This document shows positions 1 through 15,358 of a DNA stretch of 64,000 bases, one piece after another. A program made the translations under genes and the position numbers. Numbering within the stretch: the stretch's first letter is position 1; the number at the start of each line of letters is the position of its first letter. This DNA comes from Escherichia coli (GTDB lineage Bacteria > Pseudomonadota > Gammaproteobacteria > Enterobacterales > Enterobacteriaceae): NCBI RefSeq assembly GCF_003334785.1, contig NZ_QOWV01000011.1. One strand, 5' to 3'. Under the pieces are notes generated by a model that saw only the letters and a program-made list of their open reading frames with translations, was not told the DNA's origin and did not search any database.

Positions 1-1371
1 GGCGAGCGTGAAGTGCGCGATATGTACGGTTTGATTCCGGTTGGTCTGCCGGATGAACGTCGTCTGGTGCTGCCGGATGACTGGCCGGATGAACTTTATC
101 CGCTGCGTAAAGACAGCATGGATTATCGTCAGCGTCCGGCACCGACCACCGATGCTGAAACCTACGAGTTCATCAACGAACTGGGCGACAAGAAAAACAA
201 CGTCGTGCCGATTGGTCCGCTGCACGTCACTTCTGATGAACCGGGCCACTTCCGTCTGTTCGTCGATGGCGAAAACATTATCGACGCCGACTACCGTCTG
301 TTCTACGTCCATCGCGGCATGGAAAAACTGGCGGAAACCCGTATGGGTTATAACGAAGTGACCTTCCTCTCTGACCGTGTGTGCGGGATCTGCGGCTTTG
401 CCCACAGCAACGCCTACACCACGTCGGTGGAAAACGCGATGGGTATTCAGGTGCCAGAACGTGCGCAGATGATCCGCGCCATTCTGCTGGAGGTAGAACG
501 CTTGCACTCGCATCTGCTCAACCTTGGCCTGGCCTGTCACTTTACCGGCTTCGACTCCGGCTTTATGCAGTTCTTCCGCGTGCGTGAAACCTCCATGAAA
601 ATGGCAGAGATCCTTACCGGTGCGCGTAAAACCTACGGCCTGAACTTGATCGGCGGGATTCGTCGCGATCTGCTGAAAGACGACATGATCCAGACCCGCC
701 AGCTGGCACAACAGATGCGTCGTGAAGTGCAGGAGCTGGTGGATGTGCTGCTGAGCACTCCGAACATGGAACAGCGCACTGTCGGCATTGGTCGTCTGGA
801 CCCGGAAATCGCTCGCGACTTCAGTAACGTCGGCCCGATGGTCCGTGCCAGCGGTCACGCCCGTGATACCCGCGCCGATCACCCGTTTGTCGGCTATGGC
901 CTGCTGCCAATGGAAGTCCACAGCGAGCAGGGCTGCGACGTTATTTCCCGTCTGAAAGTGCGTATCAACGAAGTCTATACCGCGCTGAACATGATCGACT
1001 ACGGTCTGGATAACCTGCCGGGTGGCCCACTGATGGTGGAAGGCTTTACCTACATTCCGCACCGCTTTGCGCTGGGCTTTGCCGAAGCGCCGCGCGGCGA
1101 TGATATCCACTGGAGCATGACCGGCGACAACCAGAAGCTGTACCGCTGGCGCTGCCGTGCCGCGACCTACGCGAACTGGCCGACCCTGCGCTACATGCTG
1201 CGCGGCAACACCGTTTCCGATGCGCCGCTGATTATCGGTAGCCTCGACCCTTGCTACTCCTGTACCGACCGCATGACCGTGGTCGATGTGCGTAAGAAGA
1301 AGAGCAAAGTGGTGCCGTACAAAGAACTCGAGCGTTACAGCATTGAGCGTAAAAACTCGCCGCTGAAATAA
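1..1371 (+). CDS. hycE: Hydrogenase-3 large subunit HycE, C-terminal part (5' end lies outside the window)
   Basis: Frame open from position 1; NiFe large-subunit motifs (RVCGICGFAHS, C-terminal DPCYSCTDR) plus C-terminal tail; followed by hycFGHI. Confidence 0.95.
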   Translation, partial: GEREVRDMYGLIPVGLPDERRLVLPDDWPDELYPLRKDSMDYRQRPAPTTDAETYEFINELGDKKNNVVPIGPLHVTSDEPGHFRLFVDGENIIDADYRLFYVHRGMEKLAETRMGYNEVTFLSDRVCGICGFAHSNAYTTSVENAMGIQVPERAQMIRAILLEVERLHSHLLNLGLACHFTGFDSGFMQFFRVRETSMKMAEILTGARKTYGLNLIGGIRRDLLKDDMIQTRQLAQQMRREVQELVDVLLSTPNMEQRTVGIGRLDPEIARDFSNVGPMVRASGHARDTRADHPFVGYGLLPMEVHSEQGCDVISRLKVRINEVYTALNMIDYGLDNLPGGPLMVEGFTYIPHRFALGFAEAPRGDDIHWSMTGDNQKLYRWRCRAATYANWPTLRYMLRGNTVSDAPLIIGSLDPCYSCTDRMTVVDVRKKKSKVVPYKELERYSIERKNSPLK

Positions 1372-1380
1372 GGAATCGCC

Positions 1381-1923
1381 ATGTTTACCTTTATCAAAAA
1401 AGTCATCAAAACCGGCACGGCGACCTCGTCTTATCCGCTGGAGCCGATTGCGGTTGATAAAAACTTCCGTGGTAAGCCAGAGCAGAACCCGCAGCAGTGC
1501 ATCGGCTGCGCGGCCTGCGTCAATGCCTGCCCGTCAAACGCCTTAACGGTTGAAACTGACCTCGCCACAGGAGAGCTTGCCTGGGAGTTTAATCTTGGGC
1601 ACTGCATCTTCTGTGGACGCTGCGAAGAAGTCTGCCCGACGGCGGCGATCAAACTGTCGCAAGAGTACGAACTGGCGGTGTGGAAGAAAGAAGACTTCCT
1701 GCAACAGTCCCGCTTCGCGCTGTGCAACTGCCGCGTCTGCAATCGTCCTTTCGCCGTCCAGAAAGAGATCGACTACGCCATTGCGCTGCTTAAGCACAAC
1801 GGCGACAGCCGCGCGGAAAACCACCGCGAAAGCTTTGAGACTTGCCCGGAATGTAAGCGCCAGAAATGCCTGGTGCCGTCCGACCGTATTGAACTGACTC
1901 GCCATATGAAAGAGGCCATCTGA
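1381..1923 (+). CDS. hycF: Formate hydrogenlyase iron-sulfur subunit HycF
   Basis: 180 aa ORF with two CxxCxxCxxxCP ferredoxin motifs; operon position. Confidence 0.95.
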   Translation: MFTFIKKVIKTGTATSSYPLEPIAVDKNFRGKPEQNPQQCIGCAACVNACPSNALTVETDLATGELAWEFNLGHCIFCGRCEEVCPTAAIKLSQEYELAVWKKEDFLQQSRFALCNCRVCNRPFAVQKEIDYAIALLKHNGDSRAENHRESFETCPECKRQKCLVPSDRIELTRHMKEAI

Positions 1924-2690
1924 TGAGCAATTTATTAGGCCCCCGTGACGCCAACGGCATTCCGGTCCCCATGACGGTGGATGAATCCATCGCCAGCATG
2001 AAGGCGTCGTTACTGAAAAAAATCAAACGTTCTGCCTATGTTTACCGCGTGGACTGCGGCGGCTGCAACGGTTGCGAAATCGAAATTTTCGCCACGCTTT
2101 CGCCGCTGTTTGATGCAGAACGCTTCGGCATTAAAGTCGTTCCTTCACCGCGTCATGCGGATATTTTACTGTTTACCGGCGCGGTCACCCGTGCAATGCG
2201 ATCCCCTGCGCTGCGTGCGTGGCAGTCCGCGCCGGACCCGAAAATTTGTATCTCCTACGGTGCCTGCGGTAACAGTGGCGGGATCTTCCACGATCTCTAC
2301 TGCGTGTGGGGCGGTACGGATAAAATTGTCCCTGTGGATGTTTATATCCCTGGCTGCCCGCCAACGCCTGCCGCCACGCTGTACGGCTTTGCAATGGCGC
2401 TCGGCCTGCTGGAGCAGAAAATTCACGCCCGTGGGCCGGGTGAACTGGATGAACAACCGGCGGAGATCCTGCATGGTGATATGGTGCAGCCGCTGCGCGT
2501 GAAAGTGGATCGCGAAGCACGTCGCCTGGCGGGTTATCGTTACGGTCGTCAGATTGCCGATGATTACCTTACACAGTTAGGGCAGGGCGAAGAACAGGTT
2601 GCACGCTGGCTGGAAGCGGAAAACGATCCGCGTCTGAACGAGATTGTCAGCCATCTGAATCATGTTGTTGAAGAGGCGCGTATCCGATGA
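1923..2690 (+). CDS. hycG: Hydrogenase-3 small subunit HycG
   Basis: 255 aa ORF; start overlaps hycF stop (ATGA); NuoB-like small subunit. Confidence 0.95.
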
Positions 2691-3097
2691 GTGAAAAGGT
2701 GGTGTTCAGTCAACTGAGCCGTAAATTTATTGATGAGAACGATGCCACGCCCGCCGAGGCGCAGCAGGTGGTCTATTACAGCCTGGCGATTGGTCACCAC
2801 CTTGGGGTTATCGATTGCCTGGAAGCGGCGCTCACCTGCCCGTGGGATGAATATCTGGCATGGATTGCCACTCTGGAGGCAGGCAGTGAAGCCCGCCGCA
2901 AAATGGAAGGCGTGCCGAAATATGGTGAGATCGTCATCGACATTAACCATGTGCCGATGCTGGCCAACGCATTCGATAAAGCCCGGGCAGCGCAAACTTC
3001 GCAGCAGCAGGAATGGAGTACAATGCTGTTAAGTATGCTGCATGATATTCATCAGGAAAACGCCATCTATTTGATGGTGAGGAGACTGCGTGACTGA
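2687..3097 (+). CDS. hycH: Formate hydrogenlyase maturation protein HycH
   Basis: 136 aa ORF, ATGA overlap with hycG. Confidence 0.9.
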   Translation: MSEKVVFSQLSRKFIDENDATPAEAQQVVYYSLAIGHHLGVIDCLEAALTCPWDEYLAWIATLEAGSEARRKMEGVPKYGEIVIDINHVPMLANAFDKARAAQTSQQQEWSTMLLSMLHDIHQENAIYLMVRRLRD

Positions 3098-3560
3098 CGT
3101 TTTACTCTGTGTTGGCAATAGCATGATGGGCGATGATGGCGCAGGTCCGCTGCTGGCGGAAAAGTGCGCCGCCGCGCCGAAAGGTAACTGGGTGGTGATT
3201 GACGGCGGTAGCGCACCGGAAAACGACATCGTCGCTATCCGTGAACTGCGCCCGACACGACTGCTGATTGTCGACGCCACGGATATGGGGCTAAACCCCG
3301 GCGAGATCCGCATCATCGACCCGGATGATATCGCCGAGATGTTTATGATGACTACCCATAACATGCCGTTGAATTACCTTATCGACCAGTTGAAAGAAGA
3401 TATTGGCGAAGTGATTTTCCTCGGCATTCAGCCGGATATCGTCGGCTTTTACTACCCGATGACCCAGCCGATTAAAGATGCGGTAGAAACCGTTTATCAA
3501 CGACTGGAAGGCTGGGAAGGAAATGGCGGCTTCGCGCAGTTAGCGGTGGAAGAAGAGTAG
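3090..3560 (+). CDS. hycI: Hydrogenase-3 maturation endopeptidase HycI
   Basis: 156 aa ORF beginning [19 protein letters not shown]; apparent GTG start at 3090. Confidence 0.9.
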   Translation: MTDVLLCVGNSMMGDDGAGPLLAEKCAAAPKGNWVVIDGGSAPENDIVAIRELRPTRLLIVDATDMGLNPGEIRIIDPDDIAEMFMMTTHNMPLNYLIDQLKEDIGEVIFLGIQPDIVGFYYPMTQPIKDAVETVYQRLEGWEGNGGFAQLAVEEE

Positions 3561-3627
3561 TTTTTCATTAAGGAATCAGGACAGGGATGTTCTTGATGGG
3601 GTGAACCAGCTCTGATGCCAAATGCTA

Positions 3628-3712
3628 AATTGCCCGATGCGCTGCGCTTATCGGGCCTTCATGGTTCGTGCGACATGTAGGCCGGATAAGGCGTTCACGC
3701 CGCATCCGGCAC
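3628..3712. repeat. REP (repetitive extragenic palindromic) cluster, two units
   Basis: tgcccgatgcgctgcgcttatcgggcc and gtaggccggataaggcgttcacgccgcatccggca between hycI and ascB. Confidence 0.85.
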
Positions 3713-3718
3713 TGTTAC

Positions 3719-6609
<2,891 letters not shown>

Positions 6610-6868
6610 CGGATTTTATCCTGTTATCAGTAGGGTAGATGTAGTTGTTATCAGTCGACGTGACGGAAAAATGCCGATGCTGAAACGGAATTAAGAAACC
6701 GGTTTCACAAAATCATGAATAGTTGTCACTAAATAAGCAAGAGAGTGAATTGTTCATTTTTTATATTTGTGAAACCGGTCACCTGAATATTTTTCCCGCC
6801 GATTGTGCAAGGACAATCGGCAAACGGTGCAGTACACTGCGTTGATTGCGTGTAAAGGGATGAAAATG

Positions 6869-7879
6869 ATGACGACGATGCTGGAAGTGGCGAAGCGCGC
6901 CGGGGTTTCAAAAGCGACCGTTTCCCGCGTGCTTTCAGGTAATGGCTACGTCAGCCAGGAGACTAAAGATCGCGTGTTTCAGGCGGTAGAAGAGAGCGGT
7001 TACCGTCCAAACTTGCTGGCGCGCAATCTGTCGGCGAAGAGTACTCAGACGCTGGGGCTGGTAGTGACCAACACGCTTTACCACGGCATTTATTTTAGTG
7101 AATTACTCTTTCATGCCGCGCGAATGGCGGAAGAGAAAGGGCGGCAGTTGCTATTGGCAGATGGTAAACACAGCGCAGAAGAAGAGCGCCAGGCGATTCA
7201 GTATCTGCTGGATCTGCGCTGCGACGCGATCATGATTTACCCGCGTTTTTTAAGCGTGGATGAGATCGATGACATCATTGACGCGCACAGTCAGCCGATA
7301 ATGGTGCTTAATCGCCGCCTGCGCAAAAACAGCAGCCATAGCGTCTGGTGCGATCATAAACAGACCAGTTTTAACGCCGTGGCAGAGTTGATAAACGCCG
7401 GGCATCAGGAGATTGCTTTCCTTACCGGCTCGATGGATTCCCCCACCAGCATTGAACGTCTTGCCGGGTATAAAGACGCGCTGGCGCAGCATGGTATTGC
7501 GCTCAATGAAAAACTTATCGCTAACGGTAAATGGACGCCTGCCAGCGGGGCCGAAGGGGTAGAAATGTTGCTCGAACGTGGGGCTAAATTTAGCGCGTTA
7601 GTTGCCAGTAACGACGATATGGCGATAGGTGCGATGAAAGCGTTACACGAGCGCGGCGTAGCGGTGCCAGAGCAGGTGTCAGTTATCGGATTCGATGATA
7701 TCGCTATTGCCCCCTACACCGTTCCGGCGCTCTCCAGCGTAAAAATTCCGGTGACTGAGATGATTCAGGAAATTATTGGACGGCTGATTTTTATGCTCGA
7801 TGGCGGGGATTTCTCACCGCCGAAAACCTTCAGCGGAAAACTGATCCGCCGCGACTCACTCATTGCTCCTTCGCGATAA
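6869..7879 (+). CDS. ascG: LacI-family repressor AscG
   Basis: HTH MLEVAKRAGVSKATVSRVLSG; divergent from ascFB; start chosen as MTTMLEVAK (336 aa), could be one codon upstream. Confidence 0.88.
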   Translation: MTTMLEVAKRAGVSKATVSRVLSGNGYVSQETKDRVFQAVEESGYRPNLLARNLSAKSTQTLGLVVTNTLYHGIYFSELLFHAARMAEEKGRQLLLADGKHSAEEERQAIQYLLDLRCDAIMIYPRFLSVDEIDDIIDAHSQPIMVLNRRLRKNSSHSVWCDHKQTSFNAVAELINAGHQEIAFLTGSMDSPTSIERLAGYKDALAQHGIALNEKLIANGKWTPASGAEGVEMLLERGAKFSALVASNDDMAIGAMKALHERGVAVPEQVSVIGFDDIAIAPYTVPALSSVKIPVTEMIQEIIGRLIFMLDGGDFSPPKTFSGKLIRRDSLIAPSR

Positions 7880-7893
7880 ACATTGTCATCACA

Positions 7894-7928
7894 TGTCATC
7901 GTCACTAGTGTCGATGACATCGTTTTTC
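7894..7928 (+). terminator. Rho-independent terminator after ascG
   Basis: Perfect 8-bp inverted repeat tgtcatcg/cgatgaca followed by tcgttttt. Confidence 0.6.
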
Positions 7929-8027
7929 CTGCATTACAGAAATTAATTTCCTTAAATAACAGTAAATTAAAAACTGGCATGATTTGTGAATGTATCGGCG
8001 CATTAACTGTCATTGCTGGAGAATTTG

Positions 8028-8555
8028 ATGAACCGTTTCATCATTGCTGACGCGAGTAAATGTATTGGTTGCCGTACCTGTGAAGTAGCGTGCGTGGTTT
8101 CTCATCAGGAAAATCAGGACTGTGCATCGCTGACCCCGGAAACTTTTTTACCGCGTATCCATGTCATTAAAGGTGTGAACATTTCCACGGCGACAGTTTG
8201 CCGTCAGTGTGAAGATGCACCGTGCGCTAACGTCTGCCCGAATGGTGCTATCAGCCGTGATAAAGGGTTTGTTCATGTGATGCAGGAACGTTGCATTGGT
8301 TGCAAAACCTGCGTTGTGGCTTGCCCGTATGGTGCGATGGAAGTGGTGGTACGTCCGGTGATCCGCAACAGCGGCGCGGGTCTGAATGTACGGGCTGACA
8401 AAGCCGAAGCCAATAAATGCGACCTGTGCAACCATCGTGAAGACGGCCCGGCGTGTATGGCGGCTTGCCCGACTCATGCGCTGATTTGTGTCGATCGTAA
8501 TAAACTTGAACAACTGAGCGCAGAAAAACGCCGCCGTACGGCGCTGATGTTCTAA
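8028..8555 (+). CDS. hydN: Electron-transport ferredoxin-like protein HydN
   Basis: 175 aa from [22 protein letters not shown]; four Cys clusters. Confidence 0.92.
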
Positions 8556-8707
8556 AAATCTTACAGAACTGTTCTGGCATCAAAGGAATTCCCGGAAATA
8601 TTCGTAGAATACGGAGCGGGCGGTATCGCCGACCTGTGACTGCCGGATGCGACGCTGTCGTGTCCGGCAGGGCGGGTTACGCAATTCATGATGGCGGGAA
8701 TAACTCA

Positions 8708-10960
8708 ATGGCAAAAAACACATCTTGCGGTGTCCAACTGCGTATTCGTGGCAAAGTGCAGGGCGTCGGTTTTCGTCCGTTTGTCTGGCAGCTGGCACAG
8801 CAATTAAATCTTCACGGCGATGTCTGTAATGACGGCGATGGCGTAGAAGTCCGGCTGCGGGAAGACCCGGAAACGTTTCTTGTTCAATTGTATCAGCACT
8901 GCCCGCCGCTGGCGCGTATTGATAGCGTCGAGCGTGAGCCGTTTATCTGGTCACAACTGCCCACCGAGTTCACTATACGCCAGAGCACAGGCGGCACCAT
9001 GAATACGCAAATTGTTCCCGATGCCGCTACTTGCCCTGCTTGCCTTGCCGAAATGAATACCCCAGGCGAACGGCGTTATCGTTATCCGTTTATCAACTGT
9101 ACCCACTGCGGCCCGCGTTTCACCATTATTCGCGCCATGCCTTACGACCGCCCGTTTACCGTGATGGCGGCGTTTCCGCTATGTCCGGCCTGTGACAAAG
9201 AGTACCGTGACCCGCTCGATCGTCGCTTCCACGCCCAGCCGGTGGCCTGCCCGGAGTGTGGCCCGCATCTTGAATGGGTAAGTCATGGTGAACATGCGGA
9301 ACAAGAGGCGGCATTACAGGCAGCTATCGCACAGTTAAAAATGGGCAAAATTGTCGCCATCAAAGGGATTGGCGGATTTCATCTTGCCTGCGATGCACGT
9401 AACAGTAACGCGGTGGCGACACTTCGGGCGCGCAAACATCGCCCGGCGAAACCGCTGGCGGTCATGTTGCCAGTGGCTGACGGTTTACCAGACGCTGCGC
9501 GCCAGTTGCTTACCACGCCCGCCGCGCCGATTGTGCTGGTGGATAAAAAATACGTTCCTGAGCTTTGTGATGATATCGCCCCTGACCTTAACGAAGTCGG
9601 GGTAATGTTGCCTGCGAACCCGCTCCAGCATTTGCTGTTACAGGAACTGCAATGCCCGCTGGTGATGACCTCCGGCAACCTGAGCGGTAAACCACCAGCT
9701 ATCAGCAACGAACAGGCGCTGGCGGATTTGCAGGGCATTGCCGACGGATTCTTGATACATAACCGCGACATCGTGCAGCGGATGGATGATTCGGTGGTGC
9801 GCGAAAGCGGCGAAATGCTGCGCCGTTCGCGGGGGTATGTGCCGGATGCGCTGGCTTTGCCTCCGGGCTTTAAAAATGTTCCGCCTGTGCTGTGTCTCGG
9901 CGCGGATCTGAAAAATACCTTCTGCCTGGTGCGCGGTGAACAAGCGGTGTTGAGTCAGCATCTGGGCGATTTAAGTGACGATGGCATCCAGATGCAGTGG
10001 CGCGAAGCGTTACGCCTGATGCAAAACATCTACGATTTTACCCCGCAATACGTTGTGCATGACGCGCATCCGGGCTATGTCTCCAGCCAGTGGGCGCGTG
10101 AAATGAATCTGCCGACGCAAACGGTACTGCATCATCATGCCCATGCAGCGGCGTGTCTGGCAGAGCATCAGTGGCCGCTGGATGGCGGTGATGTCATTGC
10201 TTTGACGCTCGACGGTATCGGTATGGGGGAGAACGGCGCTTTGTGGGGCGGCGAGTGCCTGCGGGTGAACTATCGCGAATGTGAGCACCTGGGCGGCTTG
10301 CCTGCAGTGGCGCTTCCGGGTGGCGATTTGGCAGCGAAGCAGCCGTGGCGAAACCTGCTGGCGCAGTGCCTGCGCTTTGTGCCGGAGTGGCAGAATTACT
10401 CTGAAACAGCAAGTGTGCAACAGCAAAACTGGAGCGTGCTGGCGCGGGCCATTGAGCGTGGAATTAACGCGCCGCTGGCGTCATCGTGTGGGCGTTTTTT
10501 CGATGCAGTGGCGGCGGCACTGGGCTGTGCGCCAGCCACGTTAAGTTATGAAGGTGAAGCGGCTTGTGCTCTGGAGGCGCTCGCAGCCTCATGCCACGGA
10601 GTGACGCATCCGGTGACAATGCCGCGGGTGGACAATCAACTGGATCTCGCCACTTTCTGGCAGCAGTGGCTGAACTGGCAGGCACCGGTTAATCAACGCG
10701 CGTGGGCGTTTCATGATGCGCTGGCGCAGGGTTTTGCCGCGTTGATGCGTGAGCAGGCCACGATGCGTGGTATCACTACGCTGGTATTTAGCGGCGGGGT
10801 TATTCATAACCGTTTGCTGCGTGCACGTCTGGCGCATTATCTCGCTGATTTCACATTGCTCTTTCCACAGAGTTTACCGGCGGGTGATGGCGGTTTGTCT
10901 CTGGGGCAGGGGGTTATTGCTGCGGCGCGTTGGTTAGCGGGTGAAGTCCAGAACGGATAA
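8708..10960 (+). CDS. hypF: Carbamoyltransferase HypF ([NiFe] hydrogenase maturation)
   Basis: 750 aa from [26 protein letters not shown] (acylphosphatase domain), Zn-finger CxxC pairs, YrdC and Kae1-like domains. Confidence 0.95.
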
Positions 10961-10983
10961 AACGTGTTGCATTTGGACACCAT

Positions 10984-11067
<84 letters not shown>

Positions 11068-11087
11068 TTTTAGGCACAGTAGCCCAC

Positions 11088-12221
11088 CTACATCGGCAAT
11101 GTTTTCAACAATCCAAATGCCTCTTTCATCCGATCCTCACTGACCACAAAGGCGCGAAGCTGGTCAGCATCGTCAACGCCGCGCGCCACCATTCCCTGGC
11201 GTTCGGTATTAATTTGCCAGCGTAAATCCTGACGCTGGGTTTCGCCTGCCAGATGCAGCGGTAATTCCGGCGTTTTGATTTTCACCAGCATCGCCGGGAG
11301 TTTCAGCGGCGTGTTATTGCCGAGAAGATTTTTTGCCAGCACCATCGCGCTAAGTTGAATCGGCTGGAGGAACGGCAATACCTGACCGTTAATTTCCGCG
11401 CAATCGCCCAGCGCGTAAATATCGGTATTACTGGTTTGCAGATAACTATCGACGCAAACGCCGCGATTAATCGTCAGCCCGGCGCGTCGTGCCAGGGCGG
11501 TTTCCGGGCGCAGTCCGGTGGCGGCAATTACCGCATCCACTTCGATGCTACGCTGGCGGTCCAGCGTTGCCAGAATGCCAGAATCCGTTTTTTCCAGCCC
11601 CTGCAACTGAGATTTCAACAGCAGATGAACACCCATCTCCGTCAACCGATGCTGCAAGCGGCTGCTTACTTCCGGTGGCATTAACGACGCCAGAATACTG
11701 GCAGCGTTGTCGATTAGCGTGACCGCTTTGCCTGCACGACAAAAATCCATCGCCAGTTCGCTACCAATCAAACCACCGCCAACAATCAACACGCGTCGGG
11801 CATCCCGCAGTTGCGTTTCACAGGCGCGATACTCTTGCTGACTATTTAACGTCAGCATTAACTCACGCCCAGGCACAGGCGGGACAAAGGCGCTGGCACC
11901 GGTTGCCAGCACTAACTTGTCGTATTGCCACTGATTATTCTGGCTTTTCACCACATGGGCTTCGGCATCGATATCCGTCACCCAGGTGTGCGGAAACAGG
12001 CGCAGATTAAACTGCTCGGCAAATTCACCCGCCGTCTGGCGGGTAAGGTCGTCGGCACGTTGCCCCTGACTGATAACATGGCTGAGGTCAGGTTTGTTGT
12101 ACTCATCTATGCTGTCGGCGGCAATCAAGGTTAATGGAATAGTGGCGTCCTGTTTGCGAATATTTTTCACCAGTTGTCGGGCGGCGAAGCCCGAACCAAT
12201 GATCACAATGCCGTTGCTCAT
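11088..12221 (-). CDS. norW: NADH:flavorubredoxin reductase NorW
   Basis: 377 aa FAD/NAD-binding ORF (GSGFAARQ); start overlaps norV stop. Confidence 0.95.
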   Translation of the reverse strand: MSNGIVIIGSGFAARQLVKNIRKQDATIPLTLIAADSIDEYNKPDLSHVISQGQRADDLTRQTAGEFAEQFNLRLFPHTWVTDIDAEAHVVKSQNNQWQYDKLVLATGASAFVPPVPGRELMLTLNSQQEYRACETQLRDARRVLIVGGGLIGSELAMDFCRAGKAVTLIDNAASILASLMPPEVSSRLQHRLTEMGVHLLLKSQLQGLEKTDSGILATLDRQRSIEVDAVIAATGLRPETALARRAGLTINRGVCVDSYLQTSNTDIYALGDCAEINGQVLPFLQPIQLSAMVLAKNLLGNNTPLKLPAMLVKIKTPELPLHLAGETQRQDLRWQINTERQGMVARGVDDADQLRAFVVSEDRMKEAFGLLKTLPM

Positions 12222-13657
12222 TTTGCCTCCGATGCCAGTTCGTCAAAGACGTCTTTGCCGAGGGAGCATTCCGGGCACAGGAAGTTATCCGGGACTTCAC
12301 TCCACGGCGTTCCTGGTGCAACGTCCTGCATTGGCTCGCCTTTTGCCGGATCGTAAATCCACCGGCAGACGCTGCACTGCATCCGTGGGCCGAGGTCAGC
12401 CGTCGTGGCGGCAGAGGTTTCTTCTTTAACTACCGTATTCACCGTGCTCTGCGGCAGCGGCGCGAGCGCCCACTGACGGGCGATTTCGCGACCGTGTTCA
12501 CGGCATAACTCCAGAGCGTCCTGGTCTGGTCGCCATTTGGCTTTCAGGCTGAGCGACATTTCGAAACCCGCATCCTGCAGGCGCGTGGAAAGACGATCCA
12601 CCGCACCGCCGCTCCAGCCGTGAGAGCCGAAAGCACTGGCGCGTTTGTTACGGAAGCGTAAACCAGTCATCTCCTCCACCAGCCCGGCGATTTTCGGCAT
12701 CATCACGTTATTCATCGTCGAAGTGCCGACCAGCACGCCTTTTGAGCGGAAGACATTGGTCAGGATTTCGTTTTTATCGCTTCGGGCGACGTTGAAAATT
12801 TTCACCGCCACGCGTGGGTCGGTTTCCGCAATCCCCTGGGCGATAGCGTCAGCCATCATGCGGGTGTTATTCGACATGGTGTCGTAGAAAATGGTGATTC
12901 TGTCTTCCTGATAATCAGCCGCCCATTTCAGGTACAGCTCGACAATTTGCGTCGGGTTATCGCGCCAGACCACGCCGTGGGAGGTCGCTATCATATCGAC
13001 TGGTAAGTTAAAGCCCAGGATCTCGGTAATTTTCGGCGTTACCAGGCGGCTGAACGGCGTCAGGATATTGGCGTAGTAACGCTGGCACTGCTCGAAAAGC
13101 TCCGTCTGATCCACTTCATCGTTGAACAGATGCTCGTCACAGTAGTGCTGACCGAAAGCATCGTTACTGAACAGCACCGCGTCGCCTGTCAGGTAAGTCA
13201 TCATGCTGTCCGGCCAGTGCAGCATTGGTGTTTCGACAAAAATGAGCTGTTTGCCGTTGCCGATATCCAGCGTGTCGCCAGTTTTCACCACATTAAAATT
13301 CCACTCCGGATGATGGTGATGACCATTTATCGAGTCGATAGCGTTGGCAGTACAGTAGATCGGCGTATCGGGAATTTGTGCCATCAGTTCGGTCAGCGCC
13401 CCAGCGTGGTCCTCTTCTGCATGGTTAATCACGATGTAATCGATATCCGCCAGATCGATTTCATTACGCAGGTTCTGCACAAATTCGCGGCTGAATTTAT
13501 GGTCGACGGTGTCGATCAGCACGTTTTTTTCTTCGCGGATGAGGTAGCTATTGTAGCTGCTGCCGCGCAGCGTTTTATATTCCGTGCCGTGAAAATCACG
13601 CACTTCCCAGTCACGTTGACCAACCCAATGAATGTTATTTTTCACCACAATAGACAT
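12218..13657 (-). CDS. norV: Anaerobic nitric oxide reductase flavorubredoxin NorV
   Basis: 479 aa; metallo-beta-lactamase/flavodoxin domains and C-terminal rubredoxin CxxC...CPxC. Confidence 0.95.
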   Translation of the reverse strand: MSIVVKNNIHWVGQRDWEVRDFHGTEYKTLRGSSYNSYLIREEKNVLIDTVDHKFSREFVQNLRNEIDLADIDYIVINHAEEDHAGALTELMAQIPDTPIYCTANAIDSINGHHHHPEWNFNVVKTGDTLDIGNGKQLIFVETPMLHWPDSMMTYLTGDAVLFSNDAFGQHYCDEHLFNDEVDQTELFEQCQRYYANILTPFSRLVTPKITEILGFNLPVDMIATSHGVVWRDNPTQIVELYLKWAADYQEDRITIFYDTMSNNTRMMADAIAQGIAETDPRVAVKIFNVARSDKNEILTNVFRSKGVLVGTSTMNNVMMPKIAGLVEEMTGLRFRNKRASAFGSHGWSGGAVDRLSTRLQDAGFEMSLSLKAKWRPDQDALELCREHGREIARQWALAPLPQSTVNTVVKEETSAATTADLGPRMQCSVCRWIYDPAKGEPMQDVAPGTPWSEVPDNFLCPECSLGKDVFDELASEAK

Positions 13658-13700
13658 AGCAACCTCAATTTATTCAGCGTGTTCTAAAAAGATGTCTTGC

Positions 13701-13721
13701 TAATTGCAGATTGCGTGCCAG
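13701..13721 (-). promoter_or_regulatory. Sigma-54 (-24/-12) promoter of norVW
   Basis: Minus strand reads cTGGCACgcaatcTGCAatta, about 45 nt upstream of norV ATG. Confidence 0.8.
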
Positions 13722-13775
13722 TTTTTTATCTGATTGTTTTTACTCTATAAATAAAATTATGCCCATTAATGAGTA

Positions 13776-13831
13776 GTCAAAATGACTATCAATCAAATGG
13801 TCGATATGACAATATCTATAGTCAAATTGAC
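13776..13831. promoter_or_regulatory. Three NorR enhancer sites (GT-N7-AC)
   Basis: gtcaaaatgac (13776-13786), gtcgatatgac (13800-13810), gtcaaattgac (13821-13831) in the norR-norV divergent region. Confidence 0.8.
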
Positions 13832-13843
13832 AGTGAGGCAAAG

Positions 13844-15358
13844 ATGAGTTTTTCCGTTGATGTGCTGGCGAATATCGCCATCGAATTGCAGCGTGGGATT
13901 GGTCACCAGGATCGTTTTCAGCGCCTGATCACCACGCTACGTCAGGTGCTGGAGTGCGATGCGTCTGCGTTGCTACGTTACGATTCGCGGCAGTTTATTC
14001 CGCTTGCCATCGACGGTCTGGCAAAGGATGTACTCGGTAGACGCTTTGCGCTGGAAGGGCATCCACGGCTGGAAGCGATTGCCCGCGCCGGGGATGTGGT
14101 GCGCTTTCCCGCAGACAGCGAATTGCCCGATCCCTATGACGGTTTGATTCCTGGGCAGGAGAGTCTGAAGGTTCACGCCTGCGTTGGTCTGCCATTGTTT
14201 GCCGGGCAAAACCTGATCGGCGCACTGACGCTCGACGGGATGCAGCCCGATCAGTTCGATGTTTTCAGCGACGAAGAGCTACGGCTGATTGCTGCGCTGG
14301 CGGCGGGAGCGTTAAGCAATGCGTTGCTGATTGAACAACTGGAAAGCCAGAATATGCTGCCAGGCGATGCCACGCCGTTTGAAGCGGTGAAACAGACGCA
14401 GATGATTGGCTTGTCCCCTGGCATGACGCAACTGAAAAAAGAGATTGAGATTGTGGCGGCGTCCGATCTCAACGTCCTGATCAGCGGTGAGACTGGAACC
14501 GGTAAGGAGCTGGTGGCGAAAGCGATTCATGAAGCCTCGCCACGGGCGGTGAATCCGCTGGTCTATCTCAACTGTGCTGCACTGCCGGAAAGTGTGGCGG
14601 AAAGTGAGTTGTTCGGGCATGTGAAAGGAGCGTTTACTGGCGCTATCAGTAATCGCAGCGGGAAGTTTGAAATGGCGGATAACGGCACGCTGTTTCTGGA
14701 TGAGATCGGCGAGTTGTCGTTGGCATTGCAGGCCAAGCTGCTGAGGGTGTTGCAGTATGGCGATATTCAGCGCGTTGGCGATGACCGTTGTTTGCGGGTC
14801 GATGTGCGCGTGCTGGCGGCGACTAACCGCGATTTACGCGAAGAGGTGCTGGCAGGGCGATTCCGCGCCGATTTGTTTCATCGCCTGAGCGTGTTTCCAC
14901 TTTCGGTGCCGCCGCTGCGTGAGCGGGGCGATGATGTCATTCTGCTGGCGGGGTATTTCTGCGAGCAGTGTCGTTTGCGGCAGGGGCTCTCCCGCGTGGT
15001 ATTAAGTGCCGGAGCGCGAAATTTACTGCAACACTACAGTTTTCCGGGAAACGTGCGCGAACTGGAACATGCTATTCATCGGGCGGTAGTTCTGGCGAGA
15101 GCCACCCGCAGCGGCGATGAAGTGATTCTTGAGGCGCAACATTTTGCTTTTCCTGAGGTGACGTTGCCGACGCCAGAAGTGGCGGCGGTGCCCGTTGTTA
15201 AGCAAAACCTGCGTGAAGCGACAGAAGCGTTCCAGCGTGAAACTATTCGTCAGGCACTGGCACAAAATCATCACAACTGGGCTGCCTGCGCGCGGATGCT
15301 GGAAACCGACGTCGCCAACCTGCATCGGCTGGCGAAACGTCTGGGATTGAAGGATTAA
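13844..15358 (+). CDS. norR: Sigma-54-dependent NO-responsive activator NorR
   Basis: 504 aa from [21 protein letters not shown] domain, AAA+ GAFTGA motif, C-terminal HTH; ORF-track N-terminal extension covers the NorR sites and is rejected. Confidence 0.93.
   Translation: MSFSVDVLANIAIELQRGIGHQDRFQRLITTLRQVLECDASALLRYDSRQFIPLAIDGLAKDVLGRRFALEGHPRLEAIARAGDVVRFPADSELPDPYDGLIPGQESLKVHACVGLPLFAGQNLIGALTLDGMQPDQFDVFSDEELRLIAALAAGALSNALLIEQLESQNMLPGDATPFEAVKQTQMIGLSPGMTQLKKEIEIVAASDLNVLISGETGTGKELVAKAIHEASPRAVNPLVYLNCAALPESVAESELFGHVKGAFTGAISNRSGKFEMADNGTLFLDEIGELSLALQAKLLRVLQYGDIQRVGDDRCLRVDVRVLAATNRDLREEVLAGRFRADLFHRLSVFPLSVPPLRERGDDVILLAGYFCEQCRLRQGLSRVVLSAGARNLLQHYSFPGNVRELEHAIHRAVVLARATRSGDEVILEAQHFAFPEVTLPTPEVAAVPVVKQNLREATEAFQRETIRQALAQNHHNWAACARMLETDVANLHRLAKRLGLKD

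Noticed and set aside
7971-7990. Possible sigma-54 promoter (TGGCAT-N6-TTGTG) upstream of hydN
   Set aside because: The -12 element lacks the conserved GC; the match is too weak to call.
13769-13843. N-terminal extension of the norR ORF in the track (starts at 13769)
   Set aside because: The extension covers the three NorR GT-N7-AC enhancer sites; the ATG at 13844 gives the expected MSFSVD N-terminus.
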